Positions 31,873 through 41,403 of a DNA stretch of 64,000 bases are shown here, piece by piece. The stretch lies in NCBI GenBank assembly GCA_963675525.2, contig CAXXSL010000011.1:160001-224000 (forward strand). Reading direction: 5' to 3'. Each line of letters starts with the position of its first letter. Positions within the stretch are counted from its first letter, which is position 1. The position numbers were made by a program, and so were the translations under genes. The notes under the pieces were generated by a model. The model saw nothing but the letters and a program-made list of their open reading frames with translations, searched no databases and was not told where the DNA came from. This DNA comes from Anaerohalosphaeraceae bacterium (GTDB lineage: Bacteria > Planctomycetota > Phycisphaerae > Sedimentisphaerales > Anaerohalosphaeraceae).

Positions 31873-34569
31873 GTGCTTTCTGTGGGGTGTATTTGCTATA
31901 GCCAAAGGGCTGGCCCTTCATTTAAGATACGTGGTTTCTTTGTTAAAACTGCTCGAGCATTTACGGTGGATGGTTTTATGATGAAAATGTATGGATTGTT
32001 GTTGATTTCTATCGTGTTTATCTCCCTGCCGTCTGCTACCTGGGCACAAGAGGCGATCGGTATTAATTTTTTCGATGCGACCAATAGTAATGCAGCACCC
32101 TATACCTGCTGGGATAAACAGGGGACTTATGTTTATCGGGATCCGGCGGGTGTATTTACTACATGCAGCGGTGGGATTCCTGTGAATATGTCTATCGGTG
32201 CCGGTTCGCTTGTTCTTGAGTCCCAAATGCCCAGCGGTTGGTGGAACGCGGAATTCAAATTGGACTGGGGACACTCGGTCAATTTTCTAAGACACGGTGC
32301 CACTCCACAACTCCATTTACGGGTCAAATGGGGGCAGATTGCTTCCGGGGCTGACATGTGGATCGGATTAATAGACGACCAGTATATTTTGAACCGCTAT
32401 CGATTCTATGCGGGTCAGGGCAGTATTTACAGCAATCAGGATGCGTGGGTTCTTCTTTCCGATTACGTGACGCCTTCCACGTCGCAATGGCAGGATGTCT
32501 ATATTCCCATGTCTGATTTTCTGGCCGATGACCCCAATCTTGATCTGACAAGAATCAGCATGTTGAAGCTTTCTGGTGCGGGAAATTATTCATCAATCAA
32601 TACTTTGTATATTGAAAAAATAAGGGTTATACCGGAGATTGGCGGTGAATACTCGGAGATGGTCAAGGTTAATCAGTTCGGCTACCTGCCGAGCGATAGA
32701 AAGCTGGCGATCGTCAGCTATGAGACTGGTGAGGTTTCTCCGGCACCCACATATTTTCAAGTTAGAGATGAAACCACGCGTGCCATTGTTCATCAGGCGA
32801 GTCTTTCATTAGATACTCCTAGTGGTTCCTCGTGGGATTACAGCGGCGATACGGTCTATCACGCTGATTTCAGTTCTTTTACCACGCCGGGGCGATATGT
32901 TATTTATTGTCCGGAATTGGGGCAAACATCTCCGGCCTTTGATGTCGGCGTCAAAAGCTACGATAAAGCGTTTCGTGATGCGCTTCGATTTTTCTACTAT
33001 GCCCGCAGCGGCAATGACATTGCCGAACCGTACGCCGAGGGCCACACTCGCCCGACCATTTATGCCAACAATAGCAACAGTCCTTATGATTATAACGATA
33101 ACGACAGCACCAAAATGTATGATTACGATCCGTCGGATAGTGGGATTACAACGCGTGACGTCAAGGGCGGCTGGTTCGATGCGGGGGATCTGCATCTGGA
33201 TGTTCATAATAATGTTGCAACATTATGGTTCCTGTTGAAGACATACGAGCAATTCAACGACAAGCTTGGGCCCGATCTCTTGAATCTTCCCGAATCGGAT
33301 GGACAGGCCAATGATCTCATCCCATTAATTAAATACCAGTTGGACTGGTTTAAGAAAATGCAGAACACCGACGGCAGTGTCCATTTCATCGTTTACAACA
33401 CAAGCGATTCTCAGCAAAAAGTCTCCGATGTGTCCAGCGGAGCGGCGTGTGTGCTGGCCGGAATATTTGCCAAGGCTTACACGGTTTTTTCCTCCGTGCC
33501 CGGCATGGAGTCCTACTGCAATGACCTGTTAGGTCGAGCAGAACTTTCATGGTCCTGGCTTTCGACCCATCCGAGCAATTACAATCCCACTTCCAACAGT
33601 AACTTATGGTCCTATGGGATCCGGGACGATGCCTCGTTCCGCTCTTTTGCGGCAATCGAACTTTATATCGCAACCGGCAATGCTGCCTACCGCAATTTCT
33701 TCGAAACCGCGTTCAACAGTACAGGAGACGCCAGAACCGCCTTTCCGGGTGATTTCAGCGGGACGGGCGTATCGGGCTCTGCAGGTCATTATGATCGTAT
33801 CTCTTTTATAACCGGCATCAATGGAATTGCGGCCGGATATATGGATTACGTGGATACTACGCGGCCCGTTTCCGCCTCCATAAAAAATAACATCAAGAGT
33901 CATTTTCTTACCGATGCAACTGAGGCTCTTACGCATCGTAACTGGACCACGTATAACATTCCCCTGTATTATTATAATGATTTGTCCTGGGGTTCCAGCG
34001 GAATGTTGTGCGGCAATGCCTATATTCTGCTGCGGGCTTACGAATGGACGGGTAATACAGACTATCGGGACGCGGCGATGGATGTACTCGACTGGATCAG
34101 TGGTCGTAATCCGGTTTCCAGAAACTTTATGACCGGTTACGGTGATTCCCTTCACGGTACTGATCATTATTCATTTTATATGTTCGACCATTCAAACCCG
34201 GTGCCCGGCTATCTCTGCGGTAATATCAATGCGTTCGGTGGGGATTGGGGACAGCATCCGTTGAAGTATTATGTCAAATATAAATACAAATATTACCTTA
34301 ATATTCAAACCGCCGGACTTCTGGAGCCTTGTTTGCCCTGGCAGGCCGCAATGTGCTATCTGCTCGGCTATTTTGCGTCAGATTTGAAAATGACCGGGGA
34401 TGTCTATCCTGACGGGACTATTGATATTCTGGACGTATCCACGCTTTGCGATGCGTGGTTAAGCGATCCCTCCGACGACAACTGGAATCCAATGTGCGAC
34501 ATTGCTGAACCGACCAACTACATCGACTATGCCGATTTTGCAGTATTGGCTTCACAGTGGACCAATTAA
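31873..34569 (+). CDS. Secreted GH9 glycoside hydrolase with N-terminal CBM-like and Ig-like domains and a C-terminal dockerin-like motif
   Basis: VKVNQFGYLP Ig-like module; LRFFYYARSG; DVKGGWFDAGD; LDWISGRNP; LEPCLPWQA region carrying the putative catalytic acid. Likely start near 31978. Confidence 0.85.
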   Translation: MLSVGCICYSQRAGPSFKIRGFFVKTARAFTVDGFMMKMYGLLLISIVFISLPSATWAQEAIGINFFDATNSNAAPYTCWDKQGTYVYRDPAGVFTTCSGGIPVNMSIGAGSLVLESQMPSGWWNAEFKLDWGHSVNFLRHGATPQLHLRVKWGQIASGADMWIGLIDDQYILNRYRFYAGQGSIYSNQDAWVLLSDYVTPSTSQWQDVYIPMSDFLADDPNLDLTRISMLKLSGAGNYSSINTLYIEKIRVIPEIGGEYSEMVKVNQFGYLPSDRKLAIVSYETGEVSPAPTYFQVRDETTRAIVHQASLSLDTPSGSSWDYSGDTVYHADFSSFTTPGRYVIYCPELGQTSPAFDVGVKSYDKAFRDALRFFYYARSGNDIAEPYAEGHTRPTIYANNSNSPYDYNDNDSTKMYDYDPSDSGITTRDVKGGWFDAGDLHLDVHNNVATLWFLLKTYEQFNDKLGPDLLNLPESDGQANDLIPLIKYQLDWFKKMQNTDGSVHFIVYNTSDSQQKVSDVSSGAACVLAGIFAKAYTVFSSVPGMESYCNDLLGRAELSWSWLSTHPSNYNPTSNSNLWSYGIRDDASFRSFAAIELYIATGNAAYRNFFETAFNSTGDARTAFPGDFSGTGVSGSAGHYDRISFITGINGIAAGYMDYVDTTRPVSASIKNNIKSHFLTDATEALTHRNWTTYNIPLYYYNDLSWGSSGMLCGNAYILLRAYEWTGNTDYRDAAMDVLDWISGRNPVSRNFMTGYGDSLHGTDHYSFYMFDHSNPVPGYLCGNINAFGGDWGQHPLKYYVKYKYKYYLNIQTAGLLEPCLPWQAAMCYLLGYFASDLKMTGDVYPDGTIDILDVSTLCDAWLSDPSDDNWNPMCDIAEPTNYIDYADFAVLASQWTN

Positions 34570-34653
34570 TCATCGAAACCGATTAGACGCTTAAATTCGT
34601 TCGTACAGACGGTCAGATAAATAGATTCGAATTTCCGGGCAGATCCGGCATGT

Positions 34654-35661
34654 TCATTTCGGCACTGGCATTGAACAGTCTTCGTCGTCCATTCTATCAT
34701 GCCATTGGAGGGAAGCTATCCAGAGACCGGCCTGAGATAATCCGCAGTGACTGATGTACCATCGGCCGTCCACATCCCGAACGATCTCTGCGGCATGGGA
34801 TTTTATGGTGGCGACTTCATCATCGAAGCTCCACGCGAATGGATCCTTGCTGCGATACACCTTGGTCGTTACATAATCAGCTCCGGGACCGATGAATAAA
34901 TAGTAATACGGGCCGCGACGGATGACAACGGGCGATTCGGTTGGGCCACCCCAGGTACCGACTTCAGGGTCGGTATAGACGACCCGCTTGCCCGACCAGT
35001 GAATGAGGTCGGTACTTGTTACGGCCGCAACGGTGTGATTGCCGCCTTCGGGTTTACTTGTTGCAGTGTAATACATGACCCATTGGTCGCCAACGCGAAG
35101 GATGAACGGGTCCCGGGCGTCATAACCATCGATGACCAGCGGATTGGCTGGATGACGTTGCCAGTCCCAGAGATTCTCAGAGGTTGCCAGATGAATCTTG
35201 TATTTGGTATTGTCCGGGTCCCCGGCACAATAATACATATAATACAGGCCCTCATGTAGAATGATATGGGGAGCCCATAAATGGACTTCGTCAATCGATT
35301 CATCGATCACCATGTCAAAGGGCTCTTTGTGCCATTGCTCCTGCAGAAGTGTTTTCGCGGTTGCGTGGGCCCAGAAAATAGCGTGCTCCGAATCCGGATA
35401 CACCGCCGGCGGTTTGGGCCTCTCAAATGTAATGCCGTACATGTGCCACGTCCTGTCTTGTCCGAGCACAAAACAATGGTCGTTGATATGCCACTGTTTT
35501 TCCAATTCGGCGCTTGGGTTATAGATTCGCTCGAATTCTCCAACTTCGATTATGTTTTGGCAATCCGACTGTTGAGTAAATCCCGCATCCTTCCCGCATC
35601 CCATAAAAATGAGTGCGTAAATCAGAATTGCAGGAATCATTAAATCCTTTTTTTTAATCAT
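34654..35661 (-). CDS. Five-bladed beta-propeller glycosidase lipoprotein (GH43/GH32-like), paralog of the N-terminal domain of 2044..4629
   Basis: Lipobox FMGC; INDHCF, HLWAP, YYCAGDPDN, DGYDARDP, GTWGGPTESP and KSHAAE shared with 2044..4629. Confidence 0.8.
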   Translation of the reverse strand: MIKKKDLMIPAILIYALIFMGCGKDAGFTQQSDCQNIIEVGEFERIYNPSAELEKQWHINDHCFVLGQDRTWHMYGITFERPKPPAVYPDSEHAIFWAHATAKTLLQEQWHKEPFDMVIDESIDEVHLWAPHIILHEGLYYMYYCAGDPDNTKYKIHLATSENLWDWQRHPANPLVIDGYDARDPFILRVGDQWVMYYTATSKPEGGNHTVAAVTSTDLIHWSGKRVVYTDPEVGTWGGPTESPVVIRRGPYYYLFIGPGADYVTTKVYRSKDPFAWSFDDEVATIKSHAAEIVRDVDGRWYISHCGLSQAGLWIASLQWHDRMDDEDCSMPVPK

Positions 35662-35822
35662 GGTATTTTTTCTCTGAAGGTTTTATGCGATATGCAGGTT
35701 TCATCGCAAATACATCTGCTTTGAGTCAGGACCTGACACCAAGCTTTATTGCCGAAATTCGCAGTCCATTGGAAATATGTTACTCATAAAAGGCTCGCTG
35801 TCAAACATCTTTTTGACTCGAA

Positions 35823-35925
35823 TTGGCCGAAAGCCTGAACCGCGGATACACGGATTACAATCATTACCGGCCGAACAGCAGCCTGAATTATATGGCCCCG
35901 GCGTCATATCGGGACGGCGTCTCCG
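35823..35925 (+). mobile_element. IS3-family-like integrase C-terminal remnant
   Basis: Translates DYNHYRPNSSLNYMAPA, matching the YN..RPHSSLGY.TP tail of IS3-type transposases. The rest is absent. Confidence 0.6.
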
Positions 35926-35962
35926 CGACGCTACGCCTTCCTCATGACAGGGAGAAACCGCG

Positions 35963-37834
35963 TCATAGGCAAAATGGATCACTGGTTTGGCTATTACAGT
36001 TTATCAACCATTCTTGGGCGAACAAAATAAAGTCGTCCATGCCAACTTGACAATCTCCACTGATATCCGCTACCAGATTTTCGCAGTTATTTGGCTTACA
36101 TAACACAAGAATATTGTCGACGTCAACACTGACATCTAAGCCCCCACAACGTCCCACAAACTCAAGACGAGCTTCATACGGTTTAAATGGATGTTCAACT
36201 ATGTCAATCAATAGGTTTTTCGCAATAATAACAGGTTCGGAATTTGGCTGATGATATATATCGGGGTGTAAAAAGATATCGAGCAGAGCCTTCGTACCCT
36301 GAAAGGAACGTAAATTTATCTGAATTCGATGAAATAGACCGGAGTCCAAATTGACCGAACTATCAAGTCCTTCCTCTGTAAGGACTACTCCATCCCAACT
36401 GATATGAACTTTATCATTCGGCCCTGAGGGATGGTATACATCCAGGCCGATCCCAATGGCATTGGTTAGTGTTGGCTTTTCTGCAAAAAAATTATTATCA
36501 CTATAGCGAGAACATCCTGTTGTTCCATTGAAAACAGTTGGCAGTAGCACTAAACCAAATCCATCCCCATCAGATTCCGTATCTATGCCTGACATTCGGA
36601 AATCAAACTGTATAATTATCCCTTCACAAAGACCAGCGGAATATCTTTCAAAAGCAATTGAACTATAATGCGTCTGGCCTGTTGCATCATAAAGCAACCG
36701 AAGAAAGCTGCCATCAGAATCGGAATCTGCCTCGAGTATATTCGGTTCAGGTCCATCTGCATCCCAGTGTTGCCTTGTACAATATGAGGCGGGAGTATTT
36801 AGATCAAAGCTTTCATAATAAACTGGGTTATCAAAAAATAACTGTTTGAGTGTCCCATGACTATTCCAAATACCGAAGTTTGCTTCTATGTCAGTTGGGG
36901 ATGATGCTTTCCATTTTTCATCAAACGCTTCAAAATAAAATACCAGTATATTATTATCAACTGCCCACTTGGAGACTTCATTGAAATATTGCCTAAGGTT
37001 ATCCAAAGATGGTTCGGCATCACCGTAAGTCGGCCCATTGCTTGCCCAGCCTGTTTCGCCAATAACAACCGGTAGTGCAGGTTTCCGCATCTTTATTTCA
37101 TCAATCGCCAATTCATATTTTAAGGCTAAAATGTTTTTCGCTGTGCTGATATGCGAACCGCCATCATCGATATCGGGGAACCCCCTCCAAAAAGGATAGA
37201 TATTGAGGAACAAAACATCAATATGCTCCAGCAATTCAGGGTGCCTCATGCCTGATATCCCCGTGCCGTCTGTTTCAAATAATGTTTCGAAAGGCTCTGC
37301 TGCAGCAATCTGAATATAGTCACAATTCGCGTTATCCAGTTGTCGCCTTACATCATCGAGTATATTGTAATATTCTGTTGGTGTTAAGCTTGTCGCTGGT
37401 GTTTCATCATAAGCAGAAAGTTCTTCGTTTCCAATAATGACAGTTTCCACCAAACCATCCACGCAGGCCTGTAATAAATTGGACATTTCTTCGGGATCTC
37501 CATCTCTGATCCAACTTCCCATAGCTACTCTGAGCCCCAAACTATTCGCTTCAGCAGGGATGTATTCCAAACCATGGGTGGCCCCATATGTGCGTATCCA
37601 TTCGGCATGGGATTTTCGGTTAATAATCTCCAGACGCCCCCGAACCTGTTCAAGGGAAATCGTATCACCTGGGCCTTGGCCATCAGTAAATGGAGAAAAG
37701 CACAACCCGGGAACATAGAAATCAGGTTCTACCAAATCATTAACATCGAAGGCAATCATGCCGTAGCAAGAGTGCTGCCATATAACACCAATCAGAACAA
37801 CTATAATAATCTTTGAAATTACTTGGTTTTTCAT
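35963..37834 (-). CDS. Secreted GH17 beta-1,3-glucanase-like protein with lectin-like and dockerin-like domains
   Basis: CFSPF, WIRTYG, IIGNEE, NIYPFW, IGETGW, YFEAFDEKWK; DGDGFGLVL lectin motif; ADISGDCQVGMDDF..EWL. Confidence 0.85.
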   Translation of the reverse strand: MKNQVISKIIIVVLIGVIWQHSCYGMIAFDVNDLVEPDFYVPGLCFSPFTDGQGPGDTISLEQVRGRLEIINRKSHAEWIRTYGATHGLEYIPAEANSLGLRVAMGSWIRDGDPEEMSNLLQACVDGLVETVIIGNEELSAYDETPATSLTPTEYYNILDDVRRQLDNANCDYIQIAAAEPFETLFETDGTGISGMRHPELLEHIDVLFLNIYPFWRGFPDIDDGGSHISTAKNILALKYELAIDEIKMRKPALPVVIGETGWASNGPTYGDAEPSLDNLRQYFNEVSKWAVDNNILVFYFEAFDEKWKASSPTDIEANFGIWNSHGTLKQLFFDNPVYYESFDLNTPASYCTRQHWDADGPEPNILEADSDSDGSFLRLLYDATGQTHYSSIAFERYSAGLCEGIIIQFDFRMSGIDTESDGDGFGLVLLPTVFNGTTGCSRYSDNNFFAEKPTLTNAIGIGLDVYHPSGPNDKVHISWDGVVLTEEGLDSSVNLDSGLFHRIQINLRSFQGTKALLDIFLHPDIYHQPNSEPVIIAKNLLIDIVEHPFKPYEARLEFVGRCGGLDVSVDVDNILVLCKPNNCENLVADISGDCQVGMDDFILFAQEWLINCNSQTSDPFCL

Positions 37835-37930
37835 ATTTTCGTCTCCTCATAATAGCTCGCAACTTAATAATAAATCATGCTATAGCCTCAAAAATTCCTC
37901 AAAAAGACTTATAATTTTAAGTCTCTGGAA

Positions 37931-38004
37931 AGTCCGGGGAGGGACTCGAACCCCCGAGTTACAGTTTTGCAGACTGCTGCCTTAGCCGCTCGGCTCACCC
38001 GGAC
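37931..38004 (-). tRNA. tRNA-Cys(GCA), atypical
   Basis: Acceptor stem GTCCGGG/CCCGGAC, anticodon arm GCAGT-CTGCAAA-ACTGT, T arm GGGGG-TTCGAGT-CCCTC, U discriminator, no encoded CCA. Confidence 0.85.
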
Positions 38005-38073
38005 AAATATATAACTTAATTCTTATTAATAGTGTTAAACCACCTTACCAACATAACAAGCATATCAGGCTTG

Positions 38074-38886
38074 TTAAGAACCAGGAGGCGGAGTATTATG
38101 ACTCCACATGTCTTCACGGTCTTCATATGCATTACATACCGGAGATATTTCGTCGACCATGACATCTTTTATTAATGCCTGCTCAATAAGTTTAACGTCT
38201 TGTGACAGACGGTAATGATGCCAGGGAAGATACTCCAACACAATCGTACCTTCCCACCCGAGATTGGCCAGATTCCGGACTACTTTAATGCAAAACATAT
38301 CAATGGGAAGATGCTGTCCTGTGCTATTGCGAGCAGACAAATGGACAACTGGAATCGACATCCAATAATCATCAATAATACGCATAATCATATCATTATC
38401 ATGAATATGTGAAGTGTCTAAAGTCATCGGAAGGTTTGCATCTATAATTTCGTCCGGCCTAAATATCCGATCGTGACCCGTGAATGTTTCTATGGCTACA
38501 GAAACAAATGTATTGTGTTTTAATCGTCTCAGATTATTACGAGCTATTTCCTGAAAGTCGATTTTATTCTTTTTAGAAACGCGATTTGGATGAACCGTAA
38601 TTGTCTTGGCTCCAACAGCTTCAGCAATTTTAATTGTCTGACGTCCCCATGCCAGAAAATCATCATTGTTTATTTTTGCATGAGTCGCATGAATCGTGCT
38701 ATAGACGATATTCTTACTTTTTAGTCTCTCGATCATTCCATCAAGACTAATCGCTGCCTCCTTCCACCATTCATATCGAGATGGGAGCGCCAATTCAATT
38801 GGAAAGCTTACACCTTTCAGACGCTCGTCAATTTGATGAATCGCCTGAAAACCAACTCGAGCCGAAACTGTTATTGAAGACACCAT
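38074..38886 (-). CDS. Xylose isomerase/AP endonuclease 2-like TIM-barrel protein
   Basis: STIHA, ITVHP, VAIET, MTLDTSH, VVHLS and IVLEY metal-ligand pattern. Confidence 0.75.
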   Translation of the reverse strand: MVSSITVSARVGFQAIHQIDERLKGVSFPIELALPSRYEWWKEAAISLDGMIERLKSKNIVYSTIHATHAKINNDDFLAWGRQTIKIAEAVGAKTITVHPNRVSKKNKIDFQEIARNNLRRLKHNTFVSVAIETFTGHDRIFRPDEIIDANLPMTLDTSHIHDNDMIMRIIDDYWMSIPVVHLSARNSTGQHLPIDMFCIKVVRNLANLGWEGTIVLEYLPWHHYRLSQDVKLIEQALIKDVMVDEISPVCNAYEDREDMWSHNTPPPGS

Positions 38887-38901
38887 TGAATTTAATCTCC
38901 C

Positions 38902-39471
38902 TTATATTTCAAGAATCTGTTTGGGTTTAAAGTCAAGATAATCGCACGATGCAAAGATATATCGCACACCATCCATGTTGCGGTCAAGAACCTCTCCGGG
39001 GGCGATATTGTGGAGATGGCCAAACACGCATACGTCAATCTTATTCTCAGATAAACGCCGGGATATCTCATTGGCTTCGAAATTTGCCCCGACAGGTGGA
39101 AAATGAGTCATCAAAATTCTAAGCTTTCCATCCGAATTTTGCATTTTTGAAAGACACCGTTCAAGCCGTTCCATTTCACGATTTCGAATCTTTTCATGAT
39201 CAAACTCTCGTTTTTTATCATTTTCCCCATTTTCTTCTGTGACTTCAACTAGATTTCTTGAAGCAATACTATGCCATTTAATGAAGGGGTAGTTCCATAA
39301 CCGGGTTCCACTAATTACAAGATTACCAAGTTCTATTATATCGTTCTGAATGTAATACATATTCTCGGAAGCCTCTCCTCTCAATTTTTTAATACTAGAC
39401 CACCAGTAATCATGATTTCCCTTGATGATGACTTTTCGACCGGGTAGTTCGGCAATCACATACAGTTTCAT
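38902..39471 (-). pseudogene. Metallophosphoesterase with an in-frame internal deletion
   Basis: MKLYVIA joins directly to ELPGRKVIIKGNHDYWW, so the DxH and GD motifs are missing. THFPP and VFGHLH are retained. Confidence 0.7.
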
Positions 39472-39542
39472 GTTTTACAACCTTTTCTTGCACGTTGGTA
39501 TTGACAATTTATTTGTTGTTATCACACTCTATTATATTATCC

Positions 39543-39565
39543 TGTCCGCGGACACTCTGCGGACA
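39543..39565. repeat. Island palindromic motif copy 1 (TGTCCGCGGACA plus degenerate tandem copy)
   Basis: Minus strand TGTCCGCAGAG-TGTCCGCGGACA-GGATAATATAAT, upstream of the gene starting at 39471. Confidence 0.8.
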
Positions 39566-39625
39566 CATTGGTTATTCCTGAAATATTTGAGTTAAATACG
39601 TAAAAATGAAGCCGTAAAGACACAT

Positions 39626-40393
39626 TTATATTTCTATAACCAGATTTTCCTGAAAGCCTTTAACGATGTTGGGAAAATAACCTCTCGGATTACATATTAT
39701 GCGAGTCCTATCAATCATATAGTCAAATTCCGTATGTGTGTGGCCATGAATCCAGAATTCCGGGGTGTATTCTTTTATCATCCATTCAAGATCACTGCAG
39801 AATGCTCCGTTTAGGATATCGCTTTTGAATTCTTCTGATATTGATTTCGATGAAGGCAAATGATGGGTCACGATAATTGTGGGTCCGGCAAAAGGTTTCT
39901 CAAGTCTTTCCTTGAGAAATCGAACAGAGTCGTTATGAAAACATACTGTATCAGCCGGTTTAAGTTTTCGATATCGATTTTCCGGTCCAAGTCTAATGCT
40001 ATTAAAATCTGTCATCAGCCTTTGAGCCTCAAACATTGCCAATCCCATTTTTTCATTGCCACATATAGAAAAATCTGTCCAGAGCGTACATCCCAGAAAC
40101 TTGACATTTCCCAGAATCAACTCCTCATTCTCCAAAAAGAAAAAATTGGAATCATTTGAAAGTTCTCTCAGTTGCCGGTGGACTTTATATATTTTCTTGC
40201 TGTAATACTCATGGTTGCCGCAGATATAAATAATGGGAATATCCTTGAAAACTTCAAGTGCCCATTTTGCGCCGCGAATTCCTACATCCGTGTCGCCAGC
40301 AAGTACGACAGCATCGTAGTCGGTTTGTTCTAACTCCAATATTCCGAATTCATTATGTAAATCACAGTAAATAAGTATTTTCATGTTTTTCAC
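39626..40393 (-). CDS. Calcineurin-like metallophosphoesterase
   Basis: CDLHNE, LAGDT, GNHEYY, GCTLWTDF, VTHHLP, WIHGHTH, CNPRGY. Confidence 0.9.
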   Translation of the reverse strand: MKNMKILIYCDLHNEFGILELEQTDYDAVVLAGDTDVGIRGAKWALEVFKDIPIIYICGNHEYYSKKIYKVHRQLRELSNDSNFFFLENEELILGNVKFLGCTLWTDFSICGNEKMGLAMFEAQRLMTDFNSIRLGPENRYRKLKPADTVCFHNDSVRFLKERLEKPFAGPTIIVTHHLPSSKSISEEFKSDILNGAFCSDLEWMIKEYTPEFWIHGHTHTEFDYMIDRTRIICNPRGYFPNIVKGFQENLVIEI

Positions 40394-40926
40394 TCTTTAA
40401 CTTCATTCCGCCATAACGGATATGCTATTTTGTGAATATCATTAATTTCTTGTATTTTTTGAAGGTATTTTGACAAAAGCAGAAGTTCACAGTCGTCATC
40501 CTCTCCACGATACGGTTTAATCTGTAAGACATTTCCAAATTCAATAACCGAGTCATCAGGATTGTCATCAATTATCAGTACTTGCAAAGGATTGAGGCCA
40601 TTGGCAATGAGCCGCTTAAGATTCTTTGAATTGCCCCATTTTAACACTTCTGCCGTCATATAGTTTGGTCGGGCCCATACGAACTTTAACTTCACAAATG
40701 AAGGGACAATCCGGTTAACTATGGCGCGCACATAATCCTCTCCGGCTGAAGACCATATTGCGATAGTGTAAATTCGACTACACTGTTTGAGAAAGTCAGA
40801 TAGATACGGCCGTATATAGGTGTAATAATCCTCAAAATGAAAGTCCTCCAACCGATCCAGTTTTGCCAATGGAGAGTGGATTAGTGTTTCGTCCAAATCT
40901 AAAATCATGAGCTTCTGATCGTCCAT
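40390..40926 (-). CDS. HAD-superfamily NIF/FCP1-like phosphatase
   Basis: ILDLDETLIH, RPYLSDFL, IWSSA, KNL, IIDD, DCEL. Confidence 0.88.
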   Translation of the reverse strand: MDDQKLMILDLDETLIHSPLAKLDRLEDFHFEDYYTYIRPYLSDFLKQCSRIYTIAIWSSAGEDYVRAIVNRIVPSFVKLKFVWARPNYMTAEVLKWGNSKNLKRLIANGLNPLQVLIIDDNPDDSVIEFGNVLQIKPYRGEDDDCELLLLSKYLQKIQEINDIHKIAYPLWRNEVKE

Positions 40927-40974
40927 AAGAATCCAGTTTTCTATGTTTTATGACCTTTGATTTTAAATAGTCTT

Positions 40975-41130
40975 AATATCTTTTCCGAATTTTGCACCCT
41001 TTTTCCACAATACCCCAATAACCACCCCAGATTCTTCTATTTCTTCTTTTATGACTTTCTTATGAGCAAGGTCTAACGGTGTTTGGCCCATGTTATCAAG
41101 AGCATTTACATCAGCGCGATGCATAACTAG
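40975..41130 (-). pseudogene. Ankyrin-repeat remnant
   Basis: Minus strand reads LVMHRADVNALDNMGQTPLDLA; no intact ORF. Confidence 0.6.
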
Positions 41131-41274
41131 TAATTAGTTTTTTATCGTGTTTACCCATATATCCCCAAGTTAAAAACAAGCCTTTTTCAGGCCTGATTTT
41201 TAAAGACTGATACTCCTTCATTCAAATTTTTTTCAAGATTTTTTGGTTTAAGTCGTTCCTTCATAAACATACTG

Positions 41275-41286
41275 TGTCCGCGGACA
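41275..41286. repeat. Island palindromic motif copy 2 (TGTCCGCGGACA)
   Basis: Perfect 12-bp palindrome in AT-rich intergenic DNA. Confidence 0.8.
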
Positions 41287-41403
41287 ATCTAGGAACAAAA
41301 AACTCTCTATAATATAACATGATTCAATAAAAGGTGTTATTGGGCTTTTTTAAATTTACTTTTACAGAATTGACAGCCACTCCCTAATTCCAATCCGATT
41401 CGT

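Noticed and set aside
35700..36000. attL/attR duplicate of the tRNA-Gly 3' end
   Set aside because: No copy of AGCGGGCGATCGGAATCGAA was found by eye; an exact search is needed.
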